Of a DNA stretch of 60,123 nt, positions 19,042 through 28,733 are shown one piece after another. The stretch lies in contig CAZQEI010000001.1 in the NCBI GenBank assembly GCA_964592195.1, forward strand, positions 52,885-113,007. The letters are read 5' to 3'. Numbering within the stretch: the stretch's first letter is position 1; each line of letters opens with the position of its first letter. This DNA comes from an uncultured Gammaproteobacteria bacterium (lineage in GTDB: Bacteria > Patescibacteriota > Patescibacteriia > UBA11705). The notes under the pieces are model-generated. The model was not told the origin of the DNA. It was given only the letters and a program-made list of their open reading frames with translations, and made no database searches. The position numbers and the translations under genes are program-made.

Positions 19042-20913
19042 ATGAGTGAACTCATCCCTGAAAACAAACCACGCATTGCTTGGTGGATCATTGTCATCAT
19101 TATAATTGGTGGCGTTTTGCTTATCACCATTGGCCTGGCAGTCGCAGTCAATCAAATCTTTGCCAATAAAATTTATCCTGGTGTAACAGCTGGTGAGGCA
19201 TCCCTTTCTGGGTTAACAGTTGAACAAGCAGAACGCGTCATTACCGGTCAATTCGACGAGAAGTTTCATCAAAGCCTACCCTTCTCCTACAATCAAACTA
19301 ATAAAGACCTGTCTTTCAAATTTGAAGACCAAGATGTTATAAAGATCAACACACAAGCCATGGCAGAAAACGCTTACCGGTTGGGTAGACAGAGCAATGT
19401 GGTAATAAACACCTTCTCGCCTTTATGGTTAATGTTAACGCAAAAAGATGTGCCTACTGATATTAAAGTTGATCGCTATCTTTTGGAAAAACAACTCAAA
19501 CAAGAATTTGGCGGATTTGAATCGCCTGCCAGCGAACCGCAATTGGAATTAAATATTTTCAGCGCGCATAATTACTTTATTAACTTCAACGAACCCAAAG
19601 CCGGTCAAGGTTTTGATTATGCTAATTTAGTGGAACAAAGTTTGGCAAAGTTGAATAAATACGATAATTCAGTCACTGTTCTGGCCCTTATTTCTCAAGT
19701 TCCAAAATACACAGTTCAAGATGCTGAAAATCTGCACTCCCAAATCACTGAGGCTTTAAATCTTGATAACATAAATATTTTCTGGGACACAGAAAAAACA
19801 AAAGTTGATTGGATCGACTATGCCAAATGGTTAGAAATATATGTAAATACTGATTATGAAAACAAATTAAGTTTACGATTAAACAAAGAGTTAGTCCGTG
19901 GCCACCTGGAATCCTTGGCACAAGCTGTTAATCAGCCAGCGCAAGACGCAAAATTTCAAATGAAAGATAATAAAGTGGTGGAATTTAGCGCTAGCCAAAA
20001 TGGCAGAGAAGTTGATTTGGAAAAATCTTATGAAAAAATTAATGATGCTATCATTAACCAAAAACAAGTCGATATTGAAGTGGTTGTAGCTGAGACTGAA
20101 CCAAATAACGCTACCGCTGAAGTGAATGAAATGGGAATTAAAGAATTAATTGGTGTAGGTAAATCAAGTTTCCCTGGATCACCAGCCAATCGCCGACATA
20201 ACATTGGAGTTGGTGCTGCGGCATTAAACGGTATGCTGATTAAACCTGGCGAAGAATTCTCATTAATAACAACGCTTGGATCAATTGACGCTGAAAGTGG
20301 ATATCTACCTGAGCTCGTAATTAAAGAAAATAAAACAATCCCAGAGTTTGGCGGTGGTTTGTGTCAAGTTGGCACCACCACTTTCAGAATGGCACTCGAT
20401 GCCGGACTCCCAATTACAGAACGACGTAATCACTCATATCGTGTTAGCTACTATGAACCGGCGGGAACAGATGCAACGATTTATGACCCAAAGCCAGACT
20501 TTCGATTTGTAAATGATACTGGTAATTATATCTTAATCCAAGCCAAAGTTATTAAAGATGATTTGCGTTTCGAACTTTGGGGGACAAAAGATGGACGTAA
20601 AGTCGAACAAACCGCTCCAACTATTTATAACATAGTTGCACCAGGTCCGACCAAAATAATTGAAAGTGCAGACTTGAAACCAGGTGAAAAGAAATGCACT
20701 GAGAAAGCTCACAATGGCGCTGACGCCTACTTTGATCGCAAAGTTACCTATGCCAATGGCGAAGTCAAAGAAGAACGCTGGAAGAGCCACTACGTGCCAT
20801 GGCAAGCTGTTTGTTTAGTGGGTATTGATCCAAACAAAGTAGTTGAACCGCCAGTAGTAGAGCCTGTTCTTCCCCCAGCACCCGACGTCCCAGTTGTTCC
20901 ACCGACAACATAA
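19042..20913 (+). CDS. VanW-family protein with N-terminal TM and PG-binding-4 region
   Basis: NR..NI, PGEEFS, GGGLCQVGTT, ER.NHS, GTDATI, DFRFVNDT; ATG 19042 preferred. Confidence 0.88.
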   Translation: MSELIPENKPRIAWWIIVIIIIGGVLLITIGLAVAVNQIFANKIYPGVTAGEASLSGLTVEQAERVITGQFDEKFHQSLPFSYNQTNKDLSFKFEDQDVIKINTQAMAENAYRLGRQSNVVINTFSPLWLMLTQKDVPTDIKVDRYLLEKQLKQEFGGFESPASEPQLELNIFSAHNYFINFNEPKAGQGFDYANLVEQSLAKLNKYDNSVTVLALISQVPKYTVQDAENLHSQITEALNLDNINIFWDTEKTKVDWIDYAKWLEIYVNTDYENKLSLRLNKELVRGHLESLAQAVNQPAQDAKFQMKDNKVVEFSASQNGREVDLEKSYEKINDAIINQKQVDIEVVVAETEPNNATAEVNEMGIKELIGVGKSSFPGSPANRRHNIGVGAAALNGMLIKPGEEFSLITTLGSIDAESGYLPELVIKENKTIPEFGGGLCQVGTTTFRMALDAGLPITERRNHSYRVSYYEPAGTDATIYDPKPDFRFVNDTGNYILIQAKVIKDDLRFELWGTKDGRKVEQTAPTIYNIVAPGPTKIIESADLKPGEKKCTEKAHNGADAYFDRKVTYANGEVKEERWKSHYVPWQAVCLVGIDPNKVVEPPVVEPVLPPAPDVPVVPPTT

Positions 20914-21103
20914 ACTCAACAAAAATAAAAGCCCCGACTCACGGGGTTTTTTGTTTTTAATAATACCACACGAAGCTACGGATGCTACAGATAAAACAAG
21001 CCAGATACTACGGATATGAAATTCACAATCTGTAGTATCCGTAGATATTGATATATTTTGAATCTGTAGAATCGGTAGTTATATATATATAATTAATTAA
21101 AAC

Positions 21104-21660
21104 AAAAAAGAACCTTCATCAGATTCTTTTAACTCACATACAAATACAGAATCGAAGTCGTAACAGTCAGGAAAATAAATCAATACTGTGTCTTCATTGT
21201 TTGCTCAGCGGGATAAACTGTCCATCAAATCGTAAATCGTATTTAGATAGTCCAAGTTACCTGATCAGCCGGTAGAGCGTGTATGCTGTATTTGTATGTA
21301 AGGTCATTTATGAAGGAATCTCTAAAAATTGTTTTTCATCTACGCTTTTCAAATTTTAACTGCAAATCGTCAAAATTTCGTCAGTTTATTACCGATAAAC
21401 CTCCTCAATTTTTACTATTTTCGTTTAAAAATTATTAAAAGCTCGCTGTAATAAACACTTTTTAGCGCTTCCTTAACAAAAAGAAAAGGCCCGCTTGAAA
21501 AGGCAGACAAGAAATTTTTACATAGGCGAAATCGAGCCGAAGCCTGATTTTACCTAGAGTAAAAATCCCATGCTTGTCGTGTCTGCCCATTCAAACCGAC
21601 CTTAAACCTCTCGTCACTTCAATGACTCATCATCATATCATGTGAAAACAAAACTGTCAA
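21104..21660 (-). ncRNA. candidate non-coding transcription unit (promoter, two long hairpins, MITE, terminator)
   Basis: TTGACA-17-TATGAT (21660-21632); rod 21486-21603 with C(UUCG)G loop; 14-bp IR 21136-21149/21286-21299; terminator 21130-21104; no ORF of 60 aa or more. Confidence 0.4.
21313..21474. mobile_element. MITE copy 1 (~162 bp, terminal inverted repeats)
   Basis: Diverged inverted copy of 32496-32658; ends AAGGAATCTCTAAAAA...TTTTTAGCGCTTCCTT. Confidence 0.75.
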
Positions 21661-21817
21661 TAGTTACTATTACTGTAATTTTAGCCAAATTCAATTAAAT
21701 AACCTCTCTTCTTGGTTATTGTAACACTATTATGGGGTTCTGAAAACAGTGATTTCATCCCGATATTAATCACATATTATACACATCCCACCCCCATATC
21801 ATTACAATATCCGGTAT

Positions 21818-24628
21818 TTATTGTATATTTATTGTTATTTCAGGTGAATTTTTCACTTGGCCATTCTTTAAAGACACCTGGGCACGCAGAACCACAGATC
21901 CGGAATAATCCATTCCAGGCAGAGCCATTTCAACCTGACTGCCACTTGGAGCAATGCTGGAACCAAACAATTGATAAGCTCCATTAGTTTGGTAATAGAA
22001 GTCCACCTTTTTAACCAAAGCCCAATCATCTATTCTCAATCTGGTAGTTAAAGGAAACTGATTTCTTGAAACAACCTGCCCACTATTTGGAGTTTCCCAT
22101 TGCATGCCGGTACTCAATCGCTCGCCGGTTAAATTGATCTCAACCGTAATCGAACTCTGATTATCAATATCATCAAACGCCGTTACCTTCAATTGATGAT
22201 AACCATTTTCAAACATGGAGCTGATAGTGTAATTTAAATTATACGGATAATTAGATACTCGTTCAATCAAAATATTATCTAAATAATATTCCACTCGACT
22301 AATGCCTCGAGGCGCATACAATGAAATATCAGAGGTTAAAATTGGCGAATTAATAGTAGCATTATTATTCGGATAGCGAACTGTTAATGTTGGCGCGTCT
22401 TCTGCTCGGTGAATATTATCTGTTTCAGTCGGAGCTTGTGAATTGATAAATTGAAACTCAGCAGCAATAGCTGGATCAGGATTATTCTTTTGTCGATTGA
22501 TCCAATCTTGCACTCCGGCTTCCCAATTATTAAATTGTGGATCATCAGACGGATTGGTCGGGACTGGGCCTTGAGGATTATCTTTATTTACATAATATAA
22601 AATATCATGCATTTCTTTGAACGTTCTTTCTTCAATGGCTGATAGCGGAGTACTGTCAGTAGCTAACTTACCAGAAAACTTATCAACTTTTACAGTTGTT
22701 TCAACGGCTGATACTCCGTTCAATACTGCCTTGTCTGTCACAACAGGGGTATAACCAGGAAAATTCTCCACCACCATGCCTTCGTGCGCTTTTGACATGT
22801 ATTCATTCCATATTGGTGCAGCAATGACAGAACCATCTGCTCCGCGTTTCATCGCATTATTATTATTGTTCCCTACCCAAACTCCAGTAACTATTTGCGG
22901 AGAGAACCCCATAGTCCAAGCATCGTGATAATCATTGGTAGTACCAGTCTTAGCCGCTACTGGACGACCAGATAAAACCAAGTAGTTACTAGCGCCAAAA
23001 ACATAAGCCCGCGCATCGTTATCGCTAATTACATTGGTAATCATGTTGGCAATATTGGAATCTAAAACTTTTCGAGTTTTATCTTTGTATTCATATAAAA
23101 CATTCCCTTTGCTGTCTTCAACTTTAAGAATCGCAGCTGGTTCATGATAAGTACCTTGATTGGCAAACACATTGTAAGCGGCAGCATGTTCAATCATTTT
23201 CACTTCACCGCCTCCAAGAACCAAAGCTAAACCAAAGCGACTTCTTTCACCAAAAGAAGTATACCCCATCATATCCAAGTAATTCAGAACATTATCCATT
23301 CCCACCAAATATAATGTTTTCACCGCTGGAATATTTAACGAACCTTGTAAAGCTTTGCGCATGGTAACTGGGCCGTGTTCGTTCAAATCATAATTCTTTG
23401 GTTCGTAATCTTTGGTATCAGTTTTAAATTTCGTATTAACATCAAATAAAATCGTATCTGGCGTATACCCCTTATTAAACGCTGCAGCGTAAACTAATGG
23501 TTTAATTGAAGACCCTGGTTGGCGCAAACGAGTCGTTACGTTCACCTTACCATCAATAGTGTCATCAAAATAATCTTTGGAACCAACCATGGCCAAGATT
23601 TGTCCGGTCTTGGTGTCTAGAGATAACAAAGCCGCGTTATTAAATTGATATTGCTTACCCTTTTTTTCAACGCCATTAACAACGGCCTTCTCAGCAATAT
23701 CCTGTTTTTTCAAGTCCAAAGTTGTTGTTACTTTTAATCCGCCCTGTTCCACCACTTTATCACCAAATCTTTCAGACAGCTGTTCTTTCACATACATCAC
23801 AAAATGCGGAGCGGTAATAGATTCCCGTTTTTCCGCGAATTTAATTTCCTGCTTTTTCGCTTCTTCTGCTTGTTCTTTGGTAATGTATTTATTTTCCACT
23901 AAAGTATCCAAAATGTATTTTTGTCTAGCCATCAACTTATCAACATTACTGCCATAAGGTGAATAGTAACTGGGTGCCTGAGGCATACCAACTAAGACTG
24001 CAGCCTCAGCCAAAGTAATATCTTTAACATCTTTACCAAAAAAAGTTTGAGAAGCAGAAGCAATGCCATAAGAAGTGGAACCATAAGGAATCTCATTCAA
24101 ATACATTTGCAAAATTTCGTCCTTAGTAAACTTACTTTCAATTCGATATGACAAAATGAACTCCTTGATCTTACGAGAAATACTTCGTTCATTGGTTAAA
24201 ATAGCGTTTTTAACTAGTTGTTGAGTTAACGTCGAACCGCCACGAGCGCGTCTTCCCATCAATGGGTCAATCAACGTTCCCTTTACCATGGCCAACAAAT
24301 TAAACCCATGATGTTCGTAGAAGGTTTTATCTTCCGTTGACACCGTAGCCCATTTCACATAATCGGGAATATCTTGGAGTTTAATCAACGTTCTTTTTTG
24401 ATCACCGTGAATATCATACAAAACCGTTTTACCTTCCCGATCATAAATCTTGGTGCTTTGTGCTACTTGCCGGTCAACCAATTTATCCGGATTCGGTAAA
24501 TCACGAGAATACCAAGCAAACATGGCGACTATGCCGATAATAAAAATCGCAATCGCCATCAGTCCGTAGCGACGAATTAAAATGAATAATTTTTTTAGCC
24601 ACAAGCGCCAGAGTTTTGGGTGAGACAT
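21818..24628 (-). CDS. class A penicillin-binding protein (PBP1A family) with C-terminal Ig-like domains
   Basis: EDKTFYEHHG, GGSTLTQQLVKN, RKIKE, QPGSSIKP (SxxK), SLN, KTG. Confidence 0.93.
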   Translation of the reverse strand: MSHPKLWRLWLKKLFILIRRYGLMAIAIFIIGIVAMFAWYSRDLPNPDKLVDRQVAQSTKIYDREGKTVLYDIHGDQKRTLIKLQDIPDYVKWATVSTEDKTFYEHHGFNLLAMVKGTLIDPLMGRRARGGSTLTQQLVKNAILTNERSISRKIKEFILSYRIESKFTKDEILQMYLNEIPYGSTSYGIASASQTFFGKDVKDITLAEAAVLVGMPQAPSYYSPYGSNVDKLMARQKYILDTLVENKYITKEQAEEAKKQEIKFAEKRESITAPHFVMYVKEQLSERFGDKVVEQGGLKVTTTLDLKKQDIAEKAVVNGVEKKGKQYQFNNAALLSLDTKTGQILAMVGSKDYFDDTIDGKVNVTTRLRQPGSSIKPLVYAAAFNKGYTPDTILFDVNTKFKTDTKDYEPKNYDLNEHGPVTMRKALQGSLNIPAVKTLYLVGMDNVLNYLDMMGYTSFGERSRFGLALVLGGGEVKMIEHAAAYNVFANQGTYHEPAAILKVEDSKGNVLYEYKDKTRKVLDSNIANMITNVISDNDARAYVFGASNYLVLSGRPVAAKTGTTNDYHDAWTMGFSPQIVTGVWVGNNNNNAMKRGADGSVIAAPIWNEYMSKAHEGMVVENFPGYTPVVTDKAVLNGVSAVETTVKVDKFSGKLATDSTPLSAIEERTFKEMHDILYYVNKDNPQGPVPTNPSDDPQFNNWEAGVQDWINRQKNNPDPAIAAEFQFINSQAPTETDNIHRAEDAPTLTVRYPNNNATINSPILTSDISLYAPRGISRVEYYLDNILIERVSNYPYNLNYTISSMFENGYHQLKVTAFDDIDNQSSITVEINLTGERLSTGMQWETPNSGQVVSRNQFPLTTRLRIDDWALVKKVDFYYQTNGAYQLFGSSIAPSGSQVEMALPGMDYSGSVVLRAQVSLKNGQVKNSPEITINIQ

Positions 24629-24900
24629 AAAGTTATTTAGATTATAGATTTTAGATTATAGTTGAAAGTTTATAGAGCTCACCACACTTCTTTCCTTGTC
24701 CCGCCAAGGCGGGAGGGATCTATTATGAATTGTTGTGACTGGGAAAGTAGGAGACCCTCCGCAAAGACGGAGTCCGTCTCCGCGGACCGGATCCCCGCAC
24801 CAGTCACTTTGTTCCGGTACTGGGCAAGCAAGTCCGGGGAAAAGGATAAGAGTGGCTCGTCTTCTTATTTTTTGCTTTATTGCTTTTTTGTTTTCTTGCT

Positions 24901-26640
24901 TTATTCAATCCTCTCCCTCACCAACAAATCATCGCGCATACCAGTGACATACAGCTTACCACCCACCACTTCGGTTGACAAGACTTTGTCATAATGGAAT
25001 CCGGTGTCTTGAAAATCAGAATTGTAAACTGCCACTTTCTTGCCATCAGGAAAAGGCACTCCGATAAAATATTGCTCATTATTTACTACAACTCGTTGAC
25101 AATATTCCTCTTGAAGAAACGAAAGACAAAACTTACCTTCTTTCATTACTCTCCGAACATTTGTCATTGGTTCCACTCGCCCAGAAACAAAACCAAAATT
25201 TAAATCAACACACGGTTTCTGATTAATTTTAAACATTCCCACAATCTTAAGGACGTTTTTATTTGGTAACTCTTTAATAATCACCTTGCCATCCTTATTA
25301 TATATTCTATTTTCAATCACGAAATACGGTTCACCATCGCAATCAAATATGTTTATAGTTGGGGACTGCGGTAAATCAAAATAATTATTATTGGCATCAA
25401 AAACCTTCACTGAATTAGTTCTCTCTGCAAAGATCGGTTTGCCACCAATAGTAGTTACAGCATCAACCTTGGCAAATGGCCCGCCAATTTGTTTTCCTTC
25501 GTCATTAAACACCAAAACTCCTTGATCAACTGCTTTTAATAAATACAATTTCCCATCAATACCCATGAGATGCTTATCAAACCACCCAATTTCATTGCCT
25601 TGCTCATCAAGAACCAAATAGGGCTTCTTATCCTTAACAAAATGATATATTTTATTATTATATTTCGAATGGGTGTGATACTCATTGGATGAAATCTTTT
25701 TTCCAGATAAACCAAAGACCTGCTCTTTTCCTCCAATTAGCGATGTAAATACAATTGTTCGGTTTATATATTTTGCACTGCTAGGTGGCCACAACTCAGT
25801 TTTAAACACTTTTTTGCCATCTTTATCCGCCAAGAAATATTCGTACGTTAATTTATTTCCTTTTTGCCAAAAGGCTTTCCATTCACCATCGTAATTCCAT
25901 AATTGTAAATTCTTTGCCCCTTCTCCTCCATACGTCTTGCCTGAAGAGGTTATTATCCTTTCAGCTGTGACTTTTCCTTTTTTGAAATCGATACAATCCA
26001 CAATTACATCATCAGCAGTACAGATAACATTTTTTATTTTTGTATAATCCTTCATTGGGACATTCACTCTCAACCCATTTTTTCCTATAACCACAATATC
26101 TCTGATTTGATCTTGATAAAATCCCTCCCCTTGTTCTTGTATTGGTGGGAAGCCACTATTATCATAACCAGGGAAGGTTACTTTACAATTGTTGGTAGTG
26201 GAATAAATAGTAGTCTGTTCTTTTTGAATATCCTCAACTTTAATCAAGAGAGCCCTTTCTTCTTGACCTGGATCTTGTTCAAAAGTAGCTTTGATTTCAT
26301 TACCACGAGAATCAAACATTACAGGAATTGGTTCTTCTGAATGGATATCTTGACGATAAAATACAAAATACACATCATTACCAGATCCAATTTGTTTAAA
26401 AAATGTATAACCAGGCTTTATGGGAATTTCAATTTCACTTAAACACTTTTCCCTTAACTCTGATTTATAAATATTATCCAAATCTGTCACCAAATCCAAA
26501 GCCAACTTCACAAACTCCGGACTAGCCTCCTCTGGCCTTTCCGGTTTTTTCAAATCATGAAGCTTACCCAAAACCTCAGCCGCAGAAAGATCTTTTTCGC
26601 GGGAGCCGGTGGTAGTTAATTTGTGTTCGAAGTTTGGCAT
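24901..26640 (-). CDS. large hypothetical protein, paralog 1 of 3 (beta-rich repeats)
   Basis: Shares N-terminal GSREKDLSAAEVLG and C-terminal GKLYVTGMRD with its neighbours. Confidence 0.85.
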   Translation of the reverse strand: MPNFEHKLTTTGSREKDLSAAEVLGKLHDLKKPERPEEASPEFVKLALDLVTDLDNIYKSELREKCLSEIEIPIKPGYTFFKQIGSGNDVYFVFYRQDIHSEEPIPVMFDSRGNEIKATFEQDPGQEERALLIKVEDIQKEQTTIYSTTNNCKVTFPGYDNSGFPPIQEQGEGFYQDQIRDIVVIGKNGLRVNVPMKDYTKIKNVICTADDVIVDCIDFKKGKVTAERIITSSGKTYGGEGAKNLQLWNYDGEWKAFWQKGNKLTYEYFLADKDGKKVFKTELWPPSSAKYINRTIVFTSLIGGKEQVFGLSGKKISSNEYHTHSKYNNKIYHFVKDKKPYLVLDEQGNEIGWFDKHLMGIDGKLYLLKAVDQGVLVFNDEGKQIGGPFAKVDAVTTIGGKPIFAERTNSVKVFDANNNYFDLPQSPTINIFDCDGEPYFVIENRIYNKDGKVIIKELPNKNVLKIVGMFKINQKPCVDLNFGFVSGRVEPMTNVRRVMKEGKFCLSFLQEEYCQRVVVNNEQYFIGVPFPDGKKVAVYNSDFQDTGFHYDKVLSTEVVGGKLYVTGMRDDLLVRERIE

Positions 26641-26749
26641 CTTTATGTAATTAGTAACTAGTAAAATGGTAAATCAGTACTTGGAGTTTATTTATAAAAA
26701 TATTTCCATGTACCAATATACCAATTACCGATTGCCAATTTACTCTTTT

Positions 26750-28561
26750 TTAATCAATTTTCTCCCTCACCAACACCCCATCTCGCATACCGGTAACATA
26801 CAAATCACCACTAACCACCTCAGTATTTACTATTTCTTCAAAGTTATGGTTGGTATTTTCAAGATCTGAATTATAAACTTCAATTGTGTTTCTACCCAAT
26901 GATGGATTTTCAGGAACGCCGATAAAGTACTTCTTTTCACCAGCGTCAACAAATGTTGCATTTTTTAATAACAGTCGTCGATTATCAGAATAGTCAATAG
27001 AATACATTTCCGAACCATCAGACAACTTATACATAGCGGCCAAATCATATTTATTTGGTTTAAATAGTTTAACATTACCTGGAACTAGCTGAACACCACT
27101 ATTAAAAACCACTTTAGCGGCACCAACTAGAATTACAGACTCTAAACCTCTCTCGTTGTAAATAATATTGCCAGAAAGAAAATATGCACGCCCTTCAATT
27201 TCAAAGGTTCTCAAAGGCACTGGAATATTTACATTGTTTCCTAAATTATCCACTAATTTTTTCTGCCCGCCTTTGTTCAATGTTATATAAAACTTTCCAC
27301 AAACCATACCGGCACTTTCGATTTTATCACCAGATTCAAACGGTCCACCGATTTGTTTACCAGTTTCATCATAAACCTCTAATCCACCTTGATCATTTTT
27401 CTTGGTAAAATACACTTTGCCATCAAAACCCTTTTTCCATTCGTTAAAATTATCTCCAATCTTAATCCCCTCTTCCGTATAGGCAGAATAAATACCTCCA
27501 TTCAAAAACACATGGAAAGTTCTATTTTTTTCGTTCATTACAATAACATTTGTGTAATCACCTTTTTCATCCATTAAATCACCATTAAGGTTATAATACT
27601 CCGACGGATTGTAAGCGAGAGCTCTTTGGTATTTAATCACGTCAAGAGATTTTTCCATTGTTCCTCCAACCAAAAACGCCGAAGTGGTTTTAATTGTTTT
27701 TTCCCCATTTTTATCAACCAAAACATATTTTCGTTTCATTCCTTCTTTTCGAACTAACAAACCTTGCCATTTATCATCCTTTTCCCAAATTTTAACGATA
27801 TCCTGACCTTCGCCACCATATTGAACACCCGACGAGGTCACAATCTTTTGTGCGATCTCTTTATTATTATGATTTAATTCTTTGTACTGAACAATTACTT
27901 CATCACCAACACACAAAATATTTTCTATCCTCATTTTGGGAGAATTACCGAAAGGGATGTCTAACCGAGTACCATTTTTTCCCACAACCACCATCATATC
28001 GCCTTGAACTTGTTTAAAGCCTTCAAACTGCTCACTGACTATACTGTGAGGATCTTCCAAAACATCACTTCCTGGAAAAACTATCCGACAATTATTATAG
28101 GCAGAATATACAACGGTCTGATTATTTAAACGATCTTCCACTTTACCAAAAAACAAATGCTGCCCGACTTTTTCTGAACCTTTATTAAATTTAAACTCAA
28201 AGCGGAAATCCCCTTCCATTAATTTACCGGAAGAATCATACAAATAAGCAAGAGGAATAGTACTATCTTCTCTGTCTTCCTCGAAAACATAATATGATTG
28301 ATCTCCAGATCCAATCACGCTATTGAATTTAAGTTTTGGATCAATCTTGACCTCAAATTCTCTCAATTCTTTTTTTGCCTCTCCTTTATAAATCGCAGAC
28401 AAATCAGTCACTAAATCCAAAGCCAATCTCACGAACTCAGGATCAGCTTCTTCTGGCTTTTTCGGTTTCTTCAAATCATGAATCTTACCCAAAACCTCAG
28501 CCGCGGAAAGATCTTTTTCGCGGGAGCCGGTGGAAGTTAATTTATGTTCGAAGTGAAGCAT
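26750..28561 (-). CDS. large hypothetical protein, paralog 2 of 3
   Basis: 603 aa; same conserved termini. Confidence 0.85.
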   Translation of the reverse strand: MLHFEHKLTSTGSREKDLSAAEVLGKIHDLKKPKKPEEADPEFVRLALDLVTDLSAIYKGEAKKELREFEVKIDPKLKFNSVIGSGDQSYYVFEEDREDSTIPLAYLYDSSGKLMEGDFRFEFKFNKGSEKVGQHLFFGKVEDRLNNQTVVYSAYNNCRIVFPGSDVLEDPHSIVSEQFEGFKQVQGDMMVVVGKNGTRLDIPFGNSPKMRIENILCVGDEVIVQYKELNHNNKEIAQKIVTSSGVQYGGEGQDIVKIWEKDDKWQGLLVRKEGMKRKYVLVDKNGEKTIKTTSAFLVGGTMEKSLDVIKYQRALAYNPSEYYNLNGDLMDEKGDYTNVIVMNEKNRTFHVFLNGGIYSAYTEEGIKIGDNFNEWKKGFDGKVYFTKKNDQGGLEVYDETGKQIGGPFESGDKIESAGMVCGKFYITLNKGGQKKLVDNLGNNVNIPVPLRTFEIEGRAYFLSGNIIYNERGLESVILVGAAKVVFNSGVQLVPGNVKLFKPNKYDLAAMYKLSDGSEMYSIDYSDNRRLLLKNATFVDAGEKKYFIGVPENPSLGRNTIEVYNSDLENTNHNFEEIVNTEVVSGDLYVTGMRDGVLVREKID

Positions 28562-28733
28562 GGAACAAGGTTATAGATTATAGTTGAAAGATTATAGATT
28601 GTAGTAAAAAAGCAAAAAAACAATAAAGCAAGTCCCGCGAAGCGGGATCCCGCCTAGCGGGAAAAACAAAATAATATACCAGCAAATCAAATATTATTTC
28701 TGTGATCAATGGTCAATGATCATTGTTCAATGA

